A stretch of 44,176 nt of DNA, from IMG/VR virus record IMGVR_UViG_3300046025_000011, positions 1 through 44,176 of that record; one strand, 5' to 3'. Below are positions 1 through 8,311 of this stretch, in pieces; positions within the stretch are counted from its first letter, which is position 1; each line of letters opens with the position of its first letter. The stretch comes from a virus (taxonomy: Duplodnaviria > Caudoviricetes). The position numbers were made by a program, and so were the translations under genes. The notes under the pieces were generated by a model. It saw only the letters and a list, made by a program, of their open reading frames with translations. It searched no databases and was not told the DNA's origin.

Positions 1-27
1 CGGAGCTGATGACTATGACTGACACGG
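1..27. repeat. Terminal direct repeat / circular overlap, left copy
   Basis: cggagctgatgactaTgactgacacgg (1-27) matches 44150-44176 (cggagctgatgactaGgactgacacgg) at 26/27 positions. Confidence 0.9.
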
Positions 28-425
28 ACGATCCGCCAGACCTGGACCGCCTGGAAGAAGGCGACGACGTGAAGGTTCACTACCTGTCGAAGCGGTCGGG
101 AAACGAAGTGGACCGGACAGGCGAATTCGTGTTCACGACGTCGAACCCAGACGACGACACGACCCTGTTCTGGGTCCACACGGACCAGCCCAGCCCGCTA
201 AAACATCAGTACGTCGTCCTGTCCAAAGCCGAAACCACGGACGGCGACGACGTCGTCATCGCTACGTCCGCGACCGTCGCGGCGGACGACCCGAACGACG
301 GCGACCCGCCGCGTCCAGGAACCCATCACGCGGTCCAGTTCACTGCTGAACGGACGTCCCACCTGGGTATCGTGGACCGCGTGATGAAGAACGGCTGGAA
401 CATCAACGTCCAGGGTAGACGATGA
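15..425 (+). CDS. Hypothetical protein
   Basis: Acidic ORF. The ATG at 15 would overlap the end of the last gene across the circular junction; the ORF track starts it at 9. Confidence 0.75.
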   Translation: MTDTDDPPDLDRLEEGDDVKVHYLSKRSGNEVDRTGEFVFTTSNPDDDTTLFWVHTDQPSPLKHQYVVLSKAETTDGDDVVIATSATVAADDPNDGDPPRPGTHHAVQFTAERTSHLGIVDRVMKNGWNINVQGRR

Positions 426-796
426 CGGACCCGTCGCTGAAGTTCGCCCACGCGAACGTCGGCTACGTCCTGGACGGCCTGGAAACAGCGACCGTTCGCT
501 ACGGCCTGGACCGCGAAATCCAGGCGGACGACCTGGTCGTGTTCCTGACGCCGGGCGGCCAGCCGTTCGCCCAGGCGGTCGTCCGCGACGTCGTCCAGGT
601 TCCGGTCCGTCACGCCATGATGCCGCTACAGGCTGAAGCCCATCCGGCGGACGACGTCTTCGACCTGCTGGACCGCCTGAACGGACACTACGACGATGAC
701 CTGACGATGGACACGCCGGTCCAGGTCGTGAAATTCGACGTCCAGGACATCCCGCTGGAACAGCCCGTTGACCGACGACAGACTACTGACCCATGA
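422..796 (+). CDS. ASCH/PUA-like domain protein
   Basis: N-terminal LKFAHANVGYVLDGLETATVR resembles the ASCH F...I..G.KT.T.R signature; 124 aa; ATGA overlap with the upstream gene. Confidence 0.6.
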   Translation: MTDPSLKFAHANVGYVLDGLETATVRYGLDREIQADDLVVFLTPGGQPFAQAVVRDVVQVPVRHAMMPLQAEAHPADDVFDLLDRLNGHYDDDLTMDTPVQVVKFDVQDIPLEQPVDRRQTTDP

Positions 797-1089
797 ACCA
801 CGACGAAGCCGCCGAACTACGGGACGAACTGAACGACGTGGACAGCGTCGAAGGAACCGCCGACAGCATGACGAACGCGCCCTACCGCTACGCCCGCATC
901 ATCCAGCCGGGCTTCACGAACGGGAAACCTGAATACGGGGTGGTCCTGGACGCGGCGGCCCAGACCGCGACTTTCCCCTATATCCCGCGGGACGTCATCG
1001 ACGTCGTCACGGACGCCGCGCCGGACGCCTACATCCGGGTTGAACCGGAGGAAGACCGCATCCAGGTCAGGCGTCCGATGGATTCGTAG
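793..1089 (+). CDS. Hypothetical protein
   Basis: Acidic ORF with ATGA overlap. Confidence 0.75.
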   Translation: MNHDEAAELRDELNDVDSVEGTADSMTNAPYRYARIIQPGFTNGKPEYGVVLDAAAQTATFPYIPRDVIDVVTDAAPDAYIRVEPEEDRIQVRRPMDS

Positions 1090-1104
1090 GCGCGTTTCGT
1101 CTTC

Positions 1105-1122
1105 GGATTTACACTTAAGAGT
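1105..1122 (+). promoter_or_regulatory. Putative archaeal TATA-box promoter
   Basis: AT-rich gatttacacTTAAGag. The ~29-nt spacing seen at other promoters places the start site near 1144, just before structured element copy 1. Confidence 0.5.
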
Positions 1123-1147
1123 GAGGAACTCCCTACTCCCTGGTAAC

Positions 1148-1217
1148 GCCGTCTTACCGCCCTGGGTCACTACGGCCCTGGCGGGGCGGTCGCCCTGGGC
1201 CGGGCGCGAACGGTCCA
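1148..1217 (+). ncRNA. Structured leader element, copy 1 (hairpin plus H-type pseudoknot)
   Basis: ccgtc/ggcgg, ccgc/gcgg and ggtc/ggcc helices, then pseudoknot cgcc/ggcg with tgggccg/cggtcca; 22 nt before ATG 1240. Confidence 0.75.
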
Positions 1218-1239
1218 CCCTTCGAACTATTCGAAAACC

Positions 1240-1674
1240 ATGACGAAGAACTACAAACCCGGTGAACTGCCGGGAGGATTTGAAGAACAGCTACAGAACG
1301 GATCGCCCTTCGCCCTGCTGGTCGCGGACCAGAACCTGTCGCGGCCCCAGGTTCTGGCGCGGATCGAAGACGCCGCCGGCGTCGATCTATCCAGCGCCCA
1401 GTCCGGCCACCTGACCCAGCAGGACCTGGCGCGACTGGTCCATCACCTGGACGACGACGCCCGTCCCGCGGACTGCCTGTCGCGTCACTACCCGAAGCGC
1501 GGGCTGGCCCAGATGGTCGCGGACGCCGCCGGCGCGAACATCGAAGTCGACGACGGCCAGGACGGCTTTCGAAAACAGCAGGCCATCCAGGTCTGGTTCG
1601 CCATCCACGCCGACATCAGCCTGGGGGACAGCCCGGACAGCATCACGACCGGCGACTACACGGTGGAAGCATGA
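1240..1674 (+). CDS. Hypothetical protein
   Basis: ORF directly after the leader element; codon usage typical of this genome. Confidence 0.75.
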   Translation: MTKNYKPGELPGGFEEQLQNGSPFALLVADQNLSRPQVLARIEDAAGVDLSSAQSGHLTQQDLARLVHHLDDDARPADCLSRHYPKRGLAQMVADAAGANIEVDDGQDGFRKQQAIQVWFAIHADISLGDSPDSITTGDYTVEA

Positions 1675-2198
1675 CGGGAAACCTACTGGCCCACGCCGCG
1701 GACTACTTCAAGTCCCGCGAAGTGATGGTCCGCTTCAAGGATGACGACCGCGGACGCTACGCGTTTACGTGCATGATGCCAGGCGTGGACGGCTACAAAA
1801 CGCCGATGGTCGTCACGGCGAAGAAGTACCTGGTCAACCGCGACGGCGTCCAGGTCGCGTCGTTCATGGAACGAAAGGTCTGTCAGCGCGCCAGCGACAT
1901 GGACGGGAAAGTCGTCCTGTTCGTAGGCGGAAGCGACCGCTGGCTGGTCTTCGATCCCGACGCCATTCTGGAACACGGCCTGGAACCGGACAGCAGATCG
2001 ACGCGGCGGAAGTCCGAAGACTGGCTGGACGTCCCGGCGGCCTGGGGCTGTCGCCTGGAATCCTATGCGGACCGGGCCGCGTCGCCCCAGACCGAACCGA
2101 ACGGACGCTGGCCGCCGACCCAGTCCGGGAAGCCGACCGCGGCGGACGGCGGGTCAGCTCCGGCTGGCGGCCAGCAGGGCCTGGACAGGTGGTCCTGA
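1671..2198 (+). CDS. Hypothetical protein, possibly a degenerate restriction-endonuclease-like fold
   Basis: ATGA-coupled ORF; the fold guess rests only on an alpha/beta pattern (MVVTAKK...VVLFV...WLVFDP). Confidence 0.6.
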   Translation: MTGNLLAHAADYFKSREVMVRFKDDDRGRYAFTCMMPGVDGYKTPMVVTAKKYLVNRDGVQVASFMERKVCQRASDMDGKVVLFVGGSDRWLVFDPDAILEHGLEPDSRSTRRKSEDWLDVPAAWGCRLESYADRAASPQTEPNGRWPPTQSGKPTAADGGSAPAGGQQGLDRWS

Positions 2199-2551
2199 TG
2201 GCGGGCGACAGCGACCTGGCCGACCGCATCCGACAGTTCCGCGACCGCCTGGACGACCGGGTCTGTCCCGACGAAGACCATCTGGACCAGGTGGTCAGCG
2301 CGAAGGACGTCCGGGACGATCTGGACACGATTCTGGACGACGCCGACGCCCAGCATCCTGGTCTGGAACTGGTCGTCGAATTCCGCCAGCAGTTCACGGT
2401 GAAGCCGCCCGACGACTACACGGACCCGGTCAGCGCGGAAGACTGGTTCTGGAACATCTACCCGGACATGGGCCGCGACGTCGTCGACACGCGTTCGAAG
2501 GACCACTACGAAGTCGTCGCGGTCCGCCCGCGGGGGAACGGATGGTCCTGA
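2198..2551 (+). CDS. Hypothetical protein
   Basis: TGATG overlap at 2196-2200 gives MAGDSDLADRIRQ..., the acidic 3' part of track ORF 1769..2551. Confidence 0.7.
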   Translation: MAGDSDLADRIRQFRDRLDDRVCPDEDHLDQVVSAKDVRDDLDTILDDADAQHPGLELVVEFRQQFTVKPPDDYTDPVSAEDWFWNIYPDMGRDVVDTRSKDHYEVVAVRPRGNGWS

Positions 2552-2709
2552 AGCGGCTGACGGTCGGCGGCATCATCAGCGCCATCCTGCTGGTCGTGGG
2601 CTCCGGCCTGGTCGCCATCGACCACCCAGTCCACGGGCTTCCCTGGCTGGCCGGCGGCGTCGGCATCGGAACGATGGCTATCGTGTCCTACTGGCGGGGG
2701 CGACGATGA
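2542..2709 (+). CDS. Small membrane protein with two hydrophobic segments
   Basis: MVLKRLTVGGIISAILLVVGSGLVAI...WLAGGVGIGTMAIVSYW; 3' part of track ORF 2065..2709. Confidence 0.7.
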   Translation: MVLKRLTVGGIISAILLVVGSGLVAIDHPVHGLPWLAGGVGIGTMAIVSYWRGRR

Positions 2710-3110
2710 CGGACCGCGACCAGGGGCCGGAAGACATCTTCAGCCTGCAGGGGTTCGCCTACACCCTGCAGTCCAGCCCGACGACGAAGACCCACAAGGG
2801 CGGGGACGACCTGCTGACGTTCGGCGTCACGCTGACCGCCGACGTGACCCTCGCCCTGGACCACCGGGTCCTGAACTGCTGTCGATGCGGCGCGTTCCTG
2901 GAACCGCCCCGGACGGGCTGGGCGCGGTGGTTCGCCTGGAACAAGGCGCTGAACCAGGCGAAGGGGCTGGACGGAACGACGTGTGTCGCCTGCATGGCCG
3001 ACGCCTACGACGTCGAACCCAGGTTCACGACCCACGCCGACGACCGCGCCCGCCGGGAAGCGAAAGCCCAGATCGACGCGACCGACGCCGTAGCCAGCAG
3101 CGACGACTAA
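2706..3110 (+). CDS. Zn-finger (CxxC...CxxC) protein
   Basis: CCRC and CVAC motifs; ATGA overlap. Confidence 0.7.
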   Translation: MTDRDQGPEDIFSLQGFAYTLQSSPTTKTHKGGDDLLTFGVTLTADVTLALDHRVLNCCRCGAFLEPPRTGWARWFAWNKALNQAKGLDGTTCVACMADAYDVEPRFTTHADDRARREAKAQIDATDAVASSDD

Positions 3111-3133
3111 CCCCGACCGTATCACTCCCCCGG

Positions 3134-3159
3134 CAGTACGTCAGCCCAGGTTAAGTTAT
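3134..3159 (+). promoter_or_regulatory. Putative late-class promoter
   Basis: CAGTACGTCA-N7-TTAAG, with the same spacing as the motif before the portal and protease genes. Confidence 0.6.
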
Positions 3160-3396
3160 CGTCCCGACGACGGTTTACACGGGGTGATGACACTCACTGA
3201 CACGAACCTGGTTCACTGACGCCCGCGGGCGGGACAGCCCAGGCGAACCGTTCACCTTCGTCGTCCCTGTCGCTCGTCGACCGACGACACGTCCCGGACG
3301 TCCCCGCGTTCACGACCCAGGCCGCCGCGGACCCGGCGACCAGGTCACGACCTGAACGTGACGGACGTCCAACCCCTACCCGATTCGATGCGGTCC

Positions 3397-3460
3397 TGAC
3401 GCGTTTTCCGGTAGCCAGTCCCCGTAGCGACTGGTCCAGGTTCGAATCCTGGCGCGTCGA
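3397..3460 (+). ncRNA. tRNA-like element lacking a D-stem
   Basis: Acceptor stem tgacgcg/cgcgtcg plus discriminator A; 11-nt unpaired segment containing GG; ccagtc/gactgg stem; canonical T-arm ccagg-TTCGAAT-cctgg. Confidence 0.7.
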
Positions 3461-3463
3461 TGT

Positions 3464-4984
3464 ATGTCCCAGGAAGCTGTCGGGACCCAGTCCGACCCGG
3501 ACCACGATCCGGACGCGGACGACGTCTCAGACTGGAACCAGGTCGTTCAGGGGATGAACCTGGACGTCCTGCAGAAGATGGAACAGAACAGCGTCGATGC
3601 CGTGGTCACGTCCCCGCCCTACTGGGGACTCCGCGACTACGACGGCGCGGATGTCACCTGGCCGGACGGCTGGGAAGGCCAACTGGGCCAGGAACCCGAC
3701 GTCGATCTGTTCCTGGACCACCTGCTGATGGTCTTCGAAGCAGTCCGTCGCGTCCTGAAGCCTACCGGCGCGCTGTGGGTGAACATCGACGACAAATATT
3801 CGAACAGCGTCACGGGAAGCCAGCCGTCCGGAGCTGACGGACGCCCCAGCCGCGACGCGTCCGAACACGCCGACCAGGGCCTGGACTTCGCCGCGCCCTA
3901 CAAGTCCCGGAACGCCATCCCGGAACGCTTCGTCGTCCGGATGGTCCAGGACGGCTGGGTCTACCGGAACGACGTCGTCTGGAACAAGTCGAACGCCATG
4001 CCGGAAGCCGTGAAGGACCGCCTGGCGCGACGCTGGGAACACGTCTACCTGTTCACGCCGACGGCGGACACATGGTTCGACCTGGACGCCATCCGCCAGC
4101 CCCACGTCGAAAGCAGTCAGCGACGCGTCCAGCGGAACACCTCCGGCCAGCAGAAGAACCCCGCCGACGGGATGCCGGACGACTTCCAGGGCGGCGAAAA
4201 CGACGGCCTGACCGCCGGTTCGACCGACCAGTGGATGCATCCGAACGGGAAGAACCCCGGCGACGTCTGGGAATTCGCTACCGCGTCCTACAGCGACGCC
4301 CACTTCGCGGTCTTCCCCGATGACCTCCCCCAGCGCGCCATCCAGGCGACGACGCCGCCGAAGGTCTGTCCCCAGTGTGGAACGCCGTTCGAACGCGTCA
4401 CGGAGCCCGCCGACCCGTGGTCCATCGAAGCGACCGGCAGGCCCCAGGCCGTCCGCGCTGTCGAACTGGCGCGGGAACACGACCTGACCACCGACCACCT
4501 GGAAGCCATCCGCGCCCGCGGCCTGAACGATCCGGGCAGAAAGACCGAAGAAGCGCAGACCGGAACCGGGCGAAACACCGACGACGTCGAACGCCTGGCG
4601 ATGGAAGCGAAAGACGCCCTGGGCGGCTACTACCGTGAATTCACGGCGACCGGCGAAGTCCCCATCGGCTGGGAACCCGGATGCGACCACGACGCGACCG
4701 CCAGCGACGCACCCGCCGGAACCGTCATCGACCCGTTCGGCGGCGCGGGAACCACCGGCCTGGTAGCGAAACACCTGAACCGACGCTGGTTGACCATCGA
4801 AATCAGCGACGACTACGCCCAGCAGGCCCGCGACCGCATCAGCGGAAAGATGGAACGAACCAAACAGTCACGACGCCGCGCGGAACGCGTCCAGAAACAG
4901 GCCCAGGACGCCGGCCAGACCCAGGCGTCCCTGAACACCTTCCAGGACACGTCCACCGACGCGGACGACGACACGGACGCGTAG
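3464..4984 (+). CDS. DNA amino-methyltransferase (N4-C/N6-A family, beta-class motif order)
   Basis: Motif IV VVTSPPYWGLRDY near the N-terminus, HFAVFP, and motif I VIDPFGGAGTTG near the C-terminus; CPQC-containing insert. Confidence 0.92.
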   Translation: MSQEAVGTQSDPDHDPDADDVSDWNQVVQGMNLDVLQKMEQNSVDAVVTSPPYWGLRDYDGADVTWPDGWEGQLGQEPDVDLFLDHLLMVFEAVRRVLKPTGALWVNIDDKYSNSVTGSQPSGADGRPSRDASEHADQGLDFAAPYKSRNAIPERFVVRMVQDGWVYRNDVVWNKSNAMPEAVKDRLARRWEHVYLFTPTADTWFDLDAIRQPHVESSQRRVQRNTSGQQKNPADGMPDDFQGGENDGLTAGSTDQWMHPNGKNPGDVWEFATASYSDAHFAVFPDDLPQRAIQATTPPKVCPQCGTPFERVTEPADPWSIEATGRPQAVRAVELAREHDLTTDHLEAIRARGLNDPGRKTEEAQTGTGRNTDDVERLAMEAKDALGGYYREFTATGEVPIGWEPGCDHDATASDAPAGTVIDPFGGAGTTGLVAKHLNRRWLTIEISDDYAQQARDRISGKMERTKQSRRRAERVQKQAQDAGQTQASLNTFQDTSTDADDDTDA

Positions 4985-5039
4985 CGCGCCCACACGACGA
5001 CCGACAGCTTCCACCGACGACACACGACACACGACCCAC

Positions 5040-5090
5040 GCCCCTGCAGATCGACCCGGCGAAAGCCGGCCAGGTCTGCAGGGGCCTTTT
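5040..5090 (+). terminator. Stem-loop with T-tract after the methyltransferase
   Basis: gcccctgcaga/tctgcaggggc stem with inner ccggc-GAAA-gccgg, followed by ctttt. Confidence 0.6.
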
Positions 5091-5240
5091 CGTCATCCCG
5101 CCCGCCAGCTCCGCGCCCACGCCCACGACGCCGCCGTAACACACTCCTACCACCTGTCAGCCATCCGAACGGCGGGGTGGTAATCCCCGCCTACCTGGCG
5201 CTCCGAACCTATATCCGGAAACGATTCAAAAGCATCAGAT

Positions 5241-6095
5241 ATGCCACCTGACCCTGGCGGTGACGCCGACATCAGGACCTACGACGACGTGGACCCGTCG
5301 TTCACCGACGACGACGGGACGGTCCGATGCGGCGTTCCGAAGACGACGAACGGTGAACCCTGCAGGCATCCAGTCCCGAACAGCGACTGTCCGACCCACG
5401 GCGACCGGGACGCGCGGATCGACGCCGTGACCGACGGCGACGTCCAGCTCCCCGACGGCGTCGGGTCCGGCGACCCAGGCCATCAGCAGGGCGACGGCCA
5501 GCCGCCGGACGGGAACAAGAACGCGATGACCCACGGCGTCTACGCGTCCCGGAACGATCCGTGGGGGACGCTGGACTACCTGCAGGACGAAGCGCCCCAG
5601 GTGTACGCCCGCGTCGTTCGCTGGTTCTGGGACGAAGCCCTGGACGCCCCGTTCGACGTCTACACCGACGGCCACATTCCGGACGTCCCCGGCGACCCGA
5701 CGGAAGACGACGGCATCCCCGGCATCGACGTGGGGCGGCTGACGTCGCGCGCGGCGGATCTGCTACTGGTCAGCCTGGACCGCGGCATCACGTTCAACGC
5801 GACGATGTCCCAGGCGAAGCGCGGCCTGGCCTACGAACAGACGAAGGCGACGTCCGACGGCGCGGTCCAGACCATAGACGAAAACCCGGTGAACCTGCCG
5901 AAGAACCGGATGCGGCGGGAGGACCGCGCCCAACTGAAGGACCTGGGGCTACGGGACGACAGCCCGGACGCGGTCGCCGCCCAGGGCCAGCAGGACCTGG
6001 CCGCCGCTGCTGAACGCGTCGCCCAGCGGAAGGACCAGGACGACGGTCGATCTACCGACGCCGACGACGGCCAGGACGGGGGCGGTAGTGAATGA
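5241..6095 (+). CDS. Putative terminase small subunit
   Basis: N-terminal C-x9-C-x8-C-x2-HG cluster and GNKNAMTHG motif, typical of a TerS family; lies upstream of TerL. Confidence 0.65.
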   Translation: MPPDPGGDADIRTYDDVDPSFTDDDGTVRCGVPKTTNGEPCRHPVPNSDCPTHGDRDARIDAVTDGDVQLPDGVGSGDPGHQQGDGQPPDGNKNAMTHGVYASRNDPWGTLDYLQDEAPQVYARVVRWFWDEALDAPFDVYTDGHIPDVPGDPTEDDGIPGIDVGRLTSRAADLLLVSLDRGITFNATMSQAKRGLAYEQTKATSDGAVQTIDENPVNLPKNRMRREDRAQLKDLGLRDDSPDAVAAQGQQDLAAAAERVAQRKDQDDGRSTDADDGQDGGGSE

Positions 6096-6173
6096 CCCGC
6101 GAAAGACGGCCTTCGCCCGCGCCCGCGCGTAGGGCGGGACTGTCCGAACCCCACACGACTGGGGTGGTCTGCC

Positions 6174-6575
6174 GTGTCTGACGGCGGCGACACGGCGGGC
6201 GTGGGCGTCCGGGACGTCAGCGTCCGCGACATCCCCGCCGACCGGAAGCAGAAGACGCCGGACGGCGACTACGCCGATGCCAGCCAGGACACGTTCATCC
6301 AGGAACTGACGGTGGTCGCCCAGCGTCACGAAGGCCCGCTGACCCGCGGCCAGATCGTTCAGACGCTGTTCGACTTCGCAGACAGCTACGCGACGGTCGA
6401 ATGCGTGGACGTTCAGATCGACCCGACGACGGACCACGAAGGGAACGACGTCGCGCTGGCGCGCTTCCCCGACCAGGACGACCTACTGCCGTCCCCGCTG
6501 GGGAACTGGGACCCGGACGACATCGACGACCCGGACCGCTACGACCTGTCGGCGCGGGGTGGTCGGGATGCGTAG
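6174..6575 (+). CDS. Hypothetical protein
   Basis: GTG start after ggggtgg; acidic ORF. Confidence 0.65.
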   Translation: MSDGGDTAGVGVRDVSVRDIPADRKQKTPDGDYADASQDTFIQELTVVAQRHEGPLTRGQIVQTLFDFADSYATVECVDVQIDPTTDHEGNDVALARFPDQDDLLPSPLGNWDPDDIDDPDRYDLSARGGRDA

Positions 6576-6693
6576 GAAGCGACACGTCGCCTACTGGCTG
6601 TTCATCGGCGGCCTGTTCGTCCTGTTCCCGCCTGGCGCGGTCATCATGGCCGCGGGCTACGCCGGCCAGTGGGCCTGGGAACGGTGGTCCTGA
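6568..6693 (+). CDS. 41-aa membrane micro-protein (not in ORF track)
   Basis: MRRKRHVAYWLFIGGLFVLFPPGAVIMAAGYAGQWAWERWS; overlaps both neighbouring genes. Confidence 0.65.
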   Translation: MRRKRHVAYWLFIGGLFVLFPPGAVIMAAGYAGQWAWERWS

Positions 6694-6824
6694 TGACCGA
6701 CGACACGACGATGCGGACGTGTCTGTCCGGAACGTGTCTGGAACCGACCGAACACCGGCGCGACGGCGGCCAGTGGGTCTGTCAGTCGTGTGGTCGCCGG
6801 GAAGCCGTGGGGGCCGACGCGTGA
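6693..6824 (+). CDS. 43-aa Zn-finger micro-protein (not in ORF track)
   Basis: MTDDTTMRTCLSGTC...WVCQSCG...; TGATG and GTGA overlaps. Confidence 0.65.
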   Translation: MTDDTTMRTCLSGTCLEPTEHRRDGGQWVCQSCGRREAVGADA

Positions 6825-7117
6825 CGCGGACGAACGCCCCCATCATCGACGTCTACCTACCCAGCCTGGACACGGCGGCGATGGTCCAGGTGATGGAACG
6901 CGCCGGCGACCTGGACGACTACCAGCAAGCCGACGGGACGCTGTCGATGGACGACCATCTGGACGTCATCGCTGACCACGTCGTCGAACCCGACCTGGCC
7001 CGCGACGACGTCGAAACGCTGGCCGCCCCCGACGCGGCGGCGCTGTTCGAACAGATCGTCCAGGACGCGACGAACAAAGCGGCTGTCCCCGGCCAGGACC
7101 AGGGGACCCGGAGCTGA
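6821..7117 (+). CDS. Hypothetical protein
   Basis: GTG start overlapping the upstream stop; acidic 3' part of track ORF 6401..7117. Confidence 0.65.
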   Translation: MTRTNAPIIDVYLPSLDTAAMVQVMERAGDLDDYQQADGTLSMDDHLDVIADHVVEPDLARDDVETLAAPDAAALFEQIVQDATNKAAVPGQDQGTRS

Positions 7118-7119
7118 CG

Positions 7120-7998
7120 ATGGCGGTGTTCGAAGACGAACTGAACGACATGACCCAGGCCGCGCTGGACGCCCTGCAGGCTCCGGACGGCCCGTTCGGC
7201 ATCGACCAGTACGTGACGGAATTTCCCTACGGGTACGGCGCGACCTACCGGACGGACATCGCCGGCGTCCAGATAGACGGCGACGCCCTGAACGAACGCG
7301 TCCGGCGCGTGGGCGTCGGGACGGACCTGGACGGGACCGCCATGTGGACGCCGCTGAACGAACGCTGGCGCTACCTGAAGACCTACCTGTCCTGTCGGCG
7401 GCTGGCCGCGCCCGACGATGCCGACTTCCGCGACGTCATCCACGCGCGGGCTCCGGCGGACGGGACCATCACCTACGACGGCTTCCTGGAAGCGAACAAC
7501 TACAGTTCGAAGGAAGGGAACTGGGCCTGGCTGGAAGACAAGGGGTTCATCCAGCCGGGGGACTGGCGGGAAGACGACTACGGCGACCTGGTTCAGCCAG
7601 CGGACGTCGTCGATGTCCCGTTCCACGGCGACCAGTGGGCGTTCGAACTGAAGCCCCGCGACTGGGAACACGCGCTGGAACAGGCCAGCCGGGCGTGGAC
7701 AGGGACGTTCCCGGACTTCTGGGACGACAGGGACAGGGAACCCGCCCACGGCGGCTACGCGGACTTCGCGGTGGTCGTGATGGACGCCGACCACGCCGGT
7801 CCGGCGCTGGACCACGCCGACCGCTTCGAAGCCCTGGGCGTCGGCCTGGCGTCGCTGGACCGGGACGACGTCCTCCTTCACGTCGAACCCCAGCGGAAGA
7901 AGCCGCCCCAGTGGTCGCGGAACCGCCTGGATTTGAACGAACGAACGCTACCGGACGACTTCGGGCTGGCAGATCGACGTCAGCCCGACCGACGATGA
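7120..7998 (+). CDS. PD-(D/E)XK-superfamily nuclease-like protein
   Basis: RTDIAGV...WAFELKPRDWEHALEQA...ADFAVVVMD...GVGL, with a long insert between the D and ExK motifs. Confidence 0.6.
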   Translation: MAVFEDELNDMTQAALDALQAPDGPFGIDQYVTEFPYGYGATYRTDIAGVQIDGDALNERVRRVGVGTDLDGTAMWTPLNERWRYLKTYLSCRRLAAPDDADFRDVIHARAPADGTITYDGFLEANNYSSKEGNWAWLEDKGFIQPGDWREDDYGDLVQPADVVDVPFHGDQWAFELKPRDWEHALEQASRAWTGTFPDFWDDRDREPAHGGYADFAVVVMDADHAGPALDHADRFEALGVGLASLDRDDVLLHVEPQRKKPPQWSRNRLDLNERTLPDDFGLADRRQPDRR

Positions 7999-8153
7999 CC
8001 GACAGGAACACCTACAGATGCCAGTCATGCCCCGACGACGCCGACCGACAGACCGATTTCGAAAAGTGAGAACGGATGACCGACCACGTCGTGGATGTCC
8101 ACGATGGACGCGCCCAGTTCACGCTGATGGCCGTAGCAGGTGGTAGTCGATGA
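7995..8153 (+). pseudogene. C2H2 Zn-finger micro-gene interrupted by an in-frame TGA at 8067-8069
   Basis: MTDRNTYRCQSCPDDADRQTDFEK*ERMTDHVVDVHDG...; the frame continues to a TGA that overlaps the next ATG at 8150. Confidence 0.55.
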
Positions 8154-8311
8154 CGGGGAACAACCTGGAAACCCTGGACGACGTCAGGAAGCGTCTGGAC
8201 GAACTGATAGATGAACGCGGCCCCGACCGGGAAGTCCATAGTGACGCCGACGGCGTCCTGCTGGATGGCGTCAGGATCGACGACACGGACGAACGGACGG
8301 TGTTCTACTGA
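8150..8311 (+). CDS. 53-aa hypothetical protein (not in ORF track)
   Basis: MTGNNLETLDDVRKRLDELIDERG...; overlaps neighbours at both ends. Confidence 0.65.
   Translation: MTGNNLETLDDVRKRLDELIDERGPDREVHSDADGVLLDGVRIDDTDERTVFY

Noticed and set aside
2152-2168. ggtcagctccggctgg matching the element's apical hairpin
   Set aside because: It lies inside a coding region and lacks the flanking helices and pseudoknot.
3397-3460. Canonical tRNA gene or attP site
   Set aside because: No D-stem and an 8-nt loop without a normal anticodon context; no integrase gene is recognisable in the genome.
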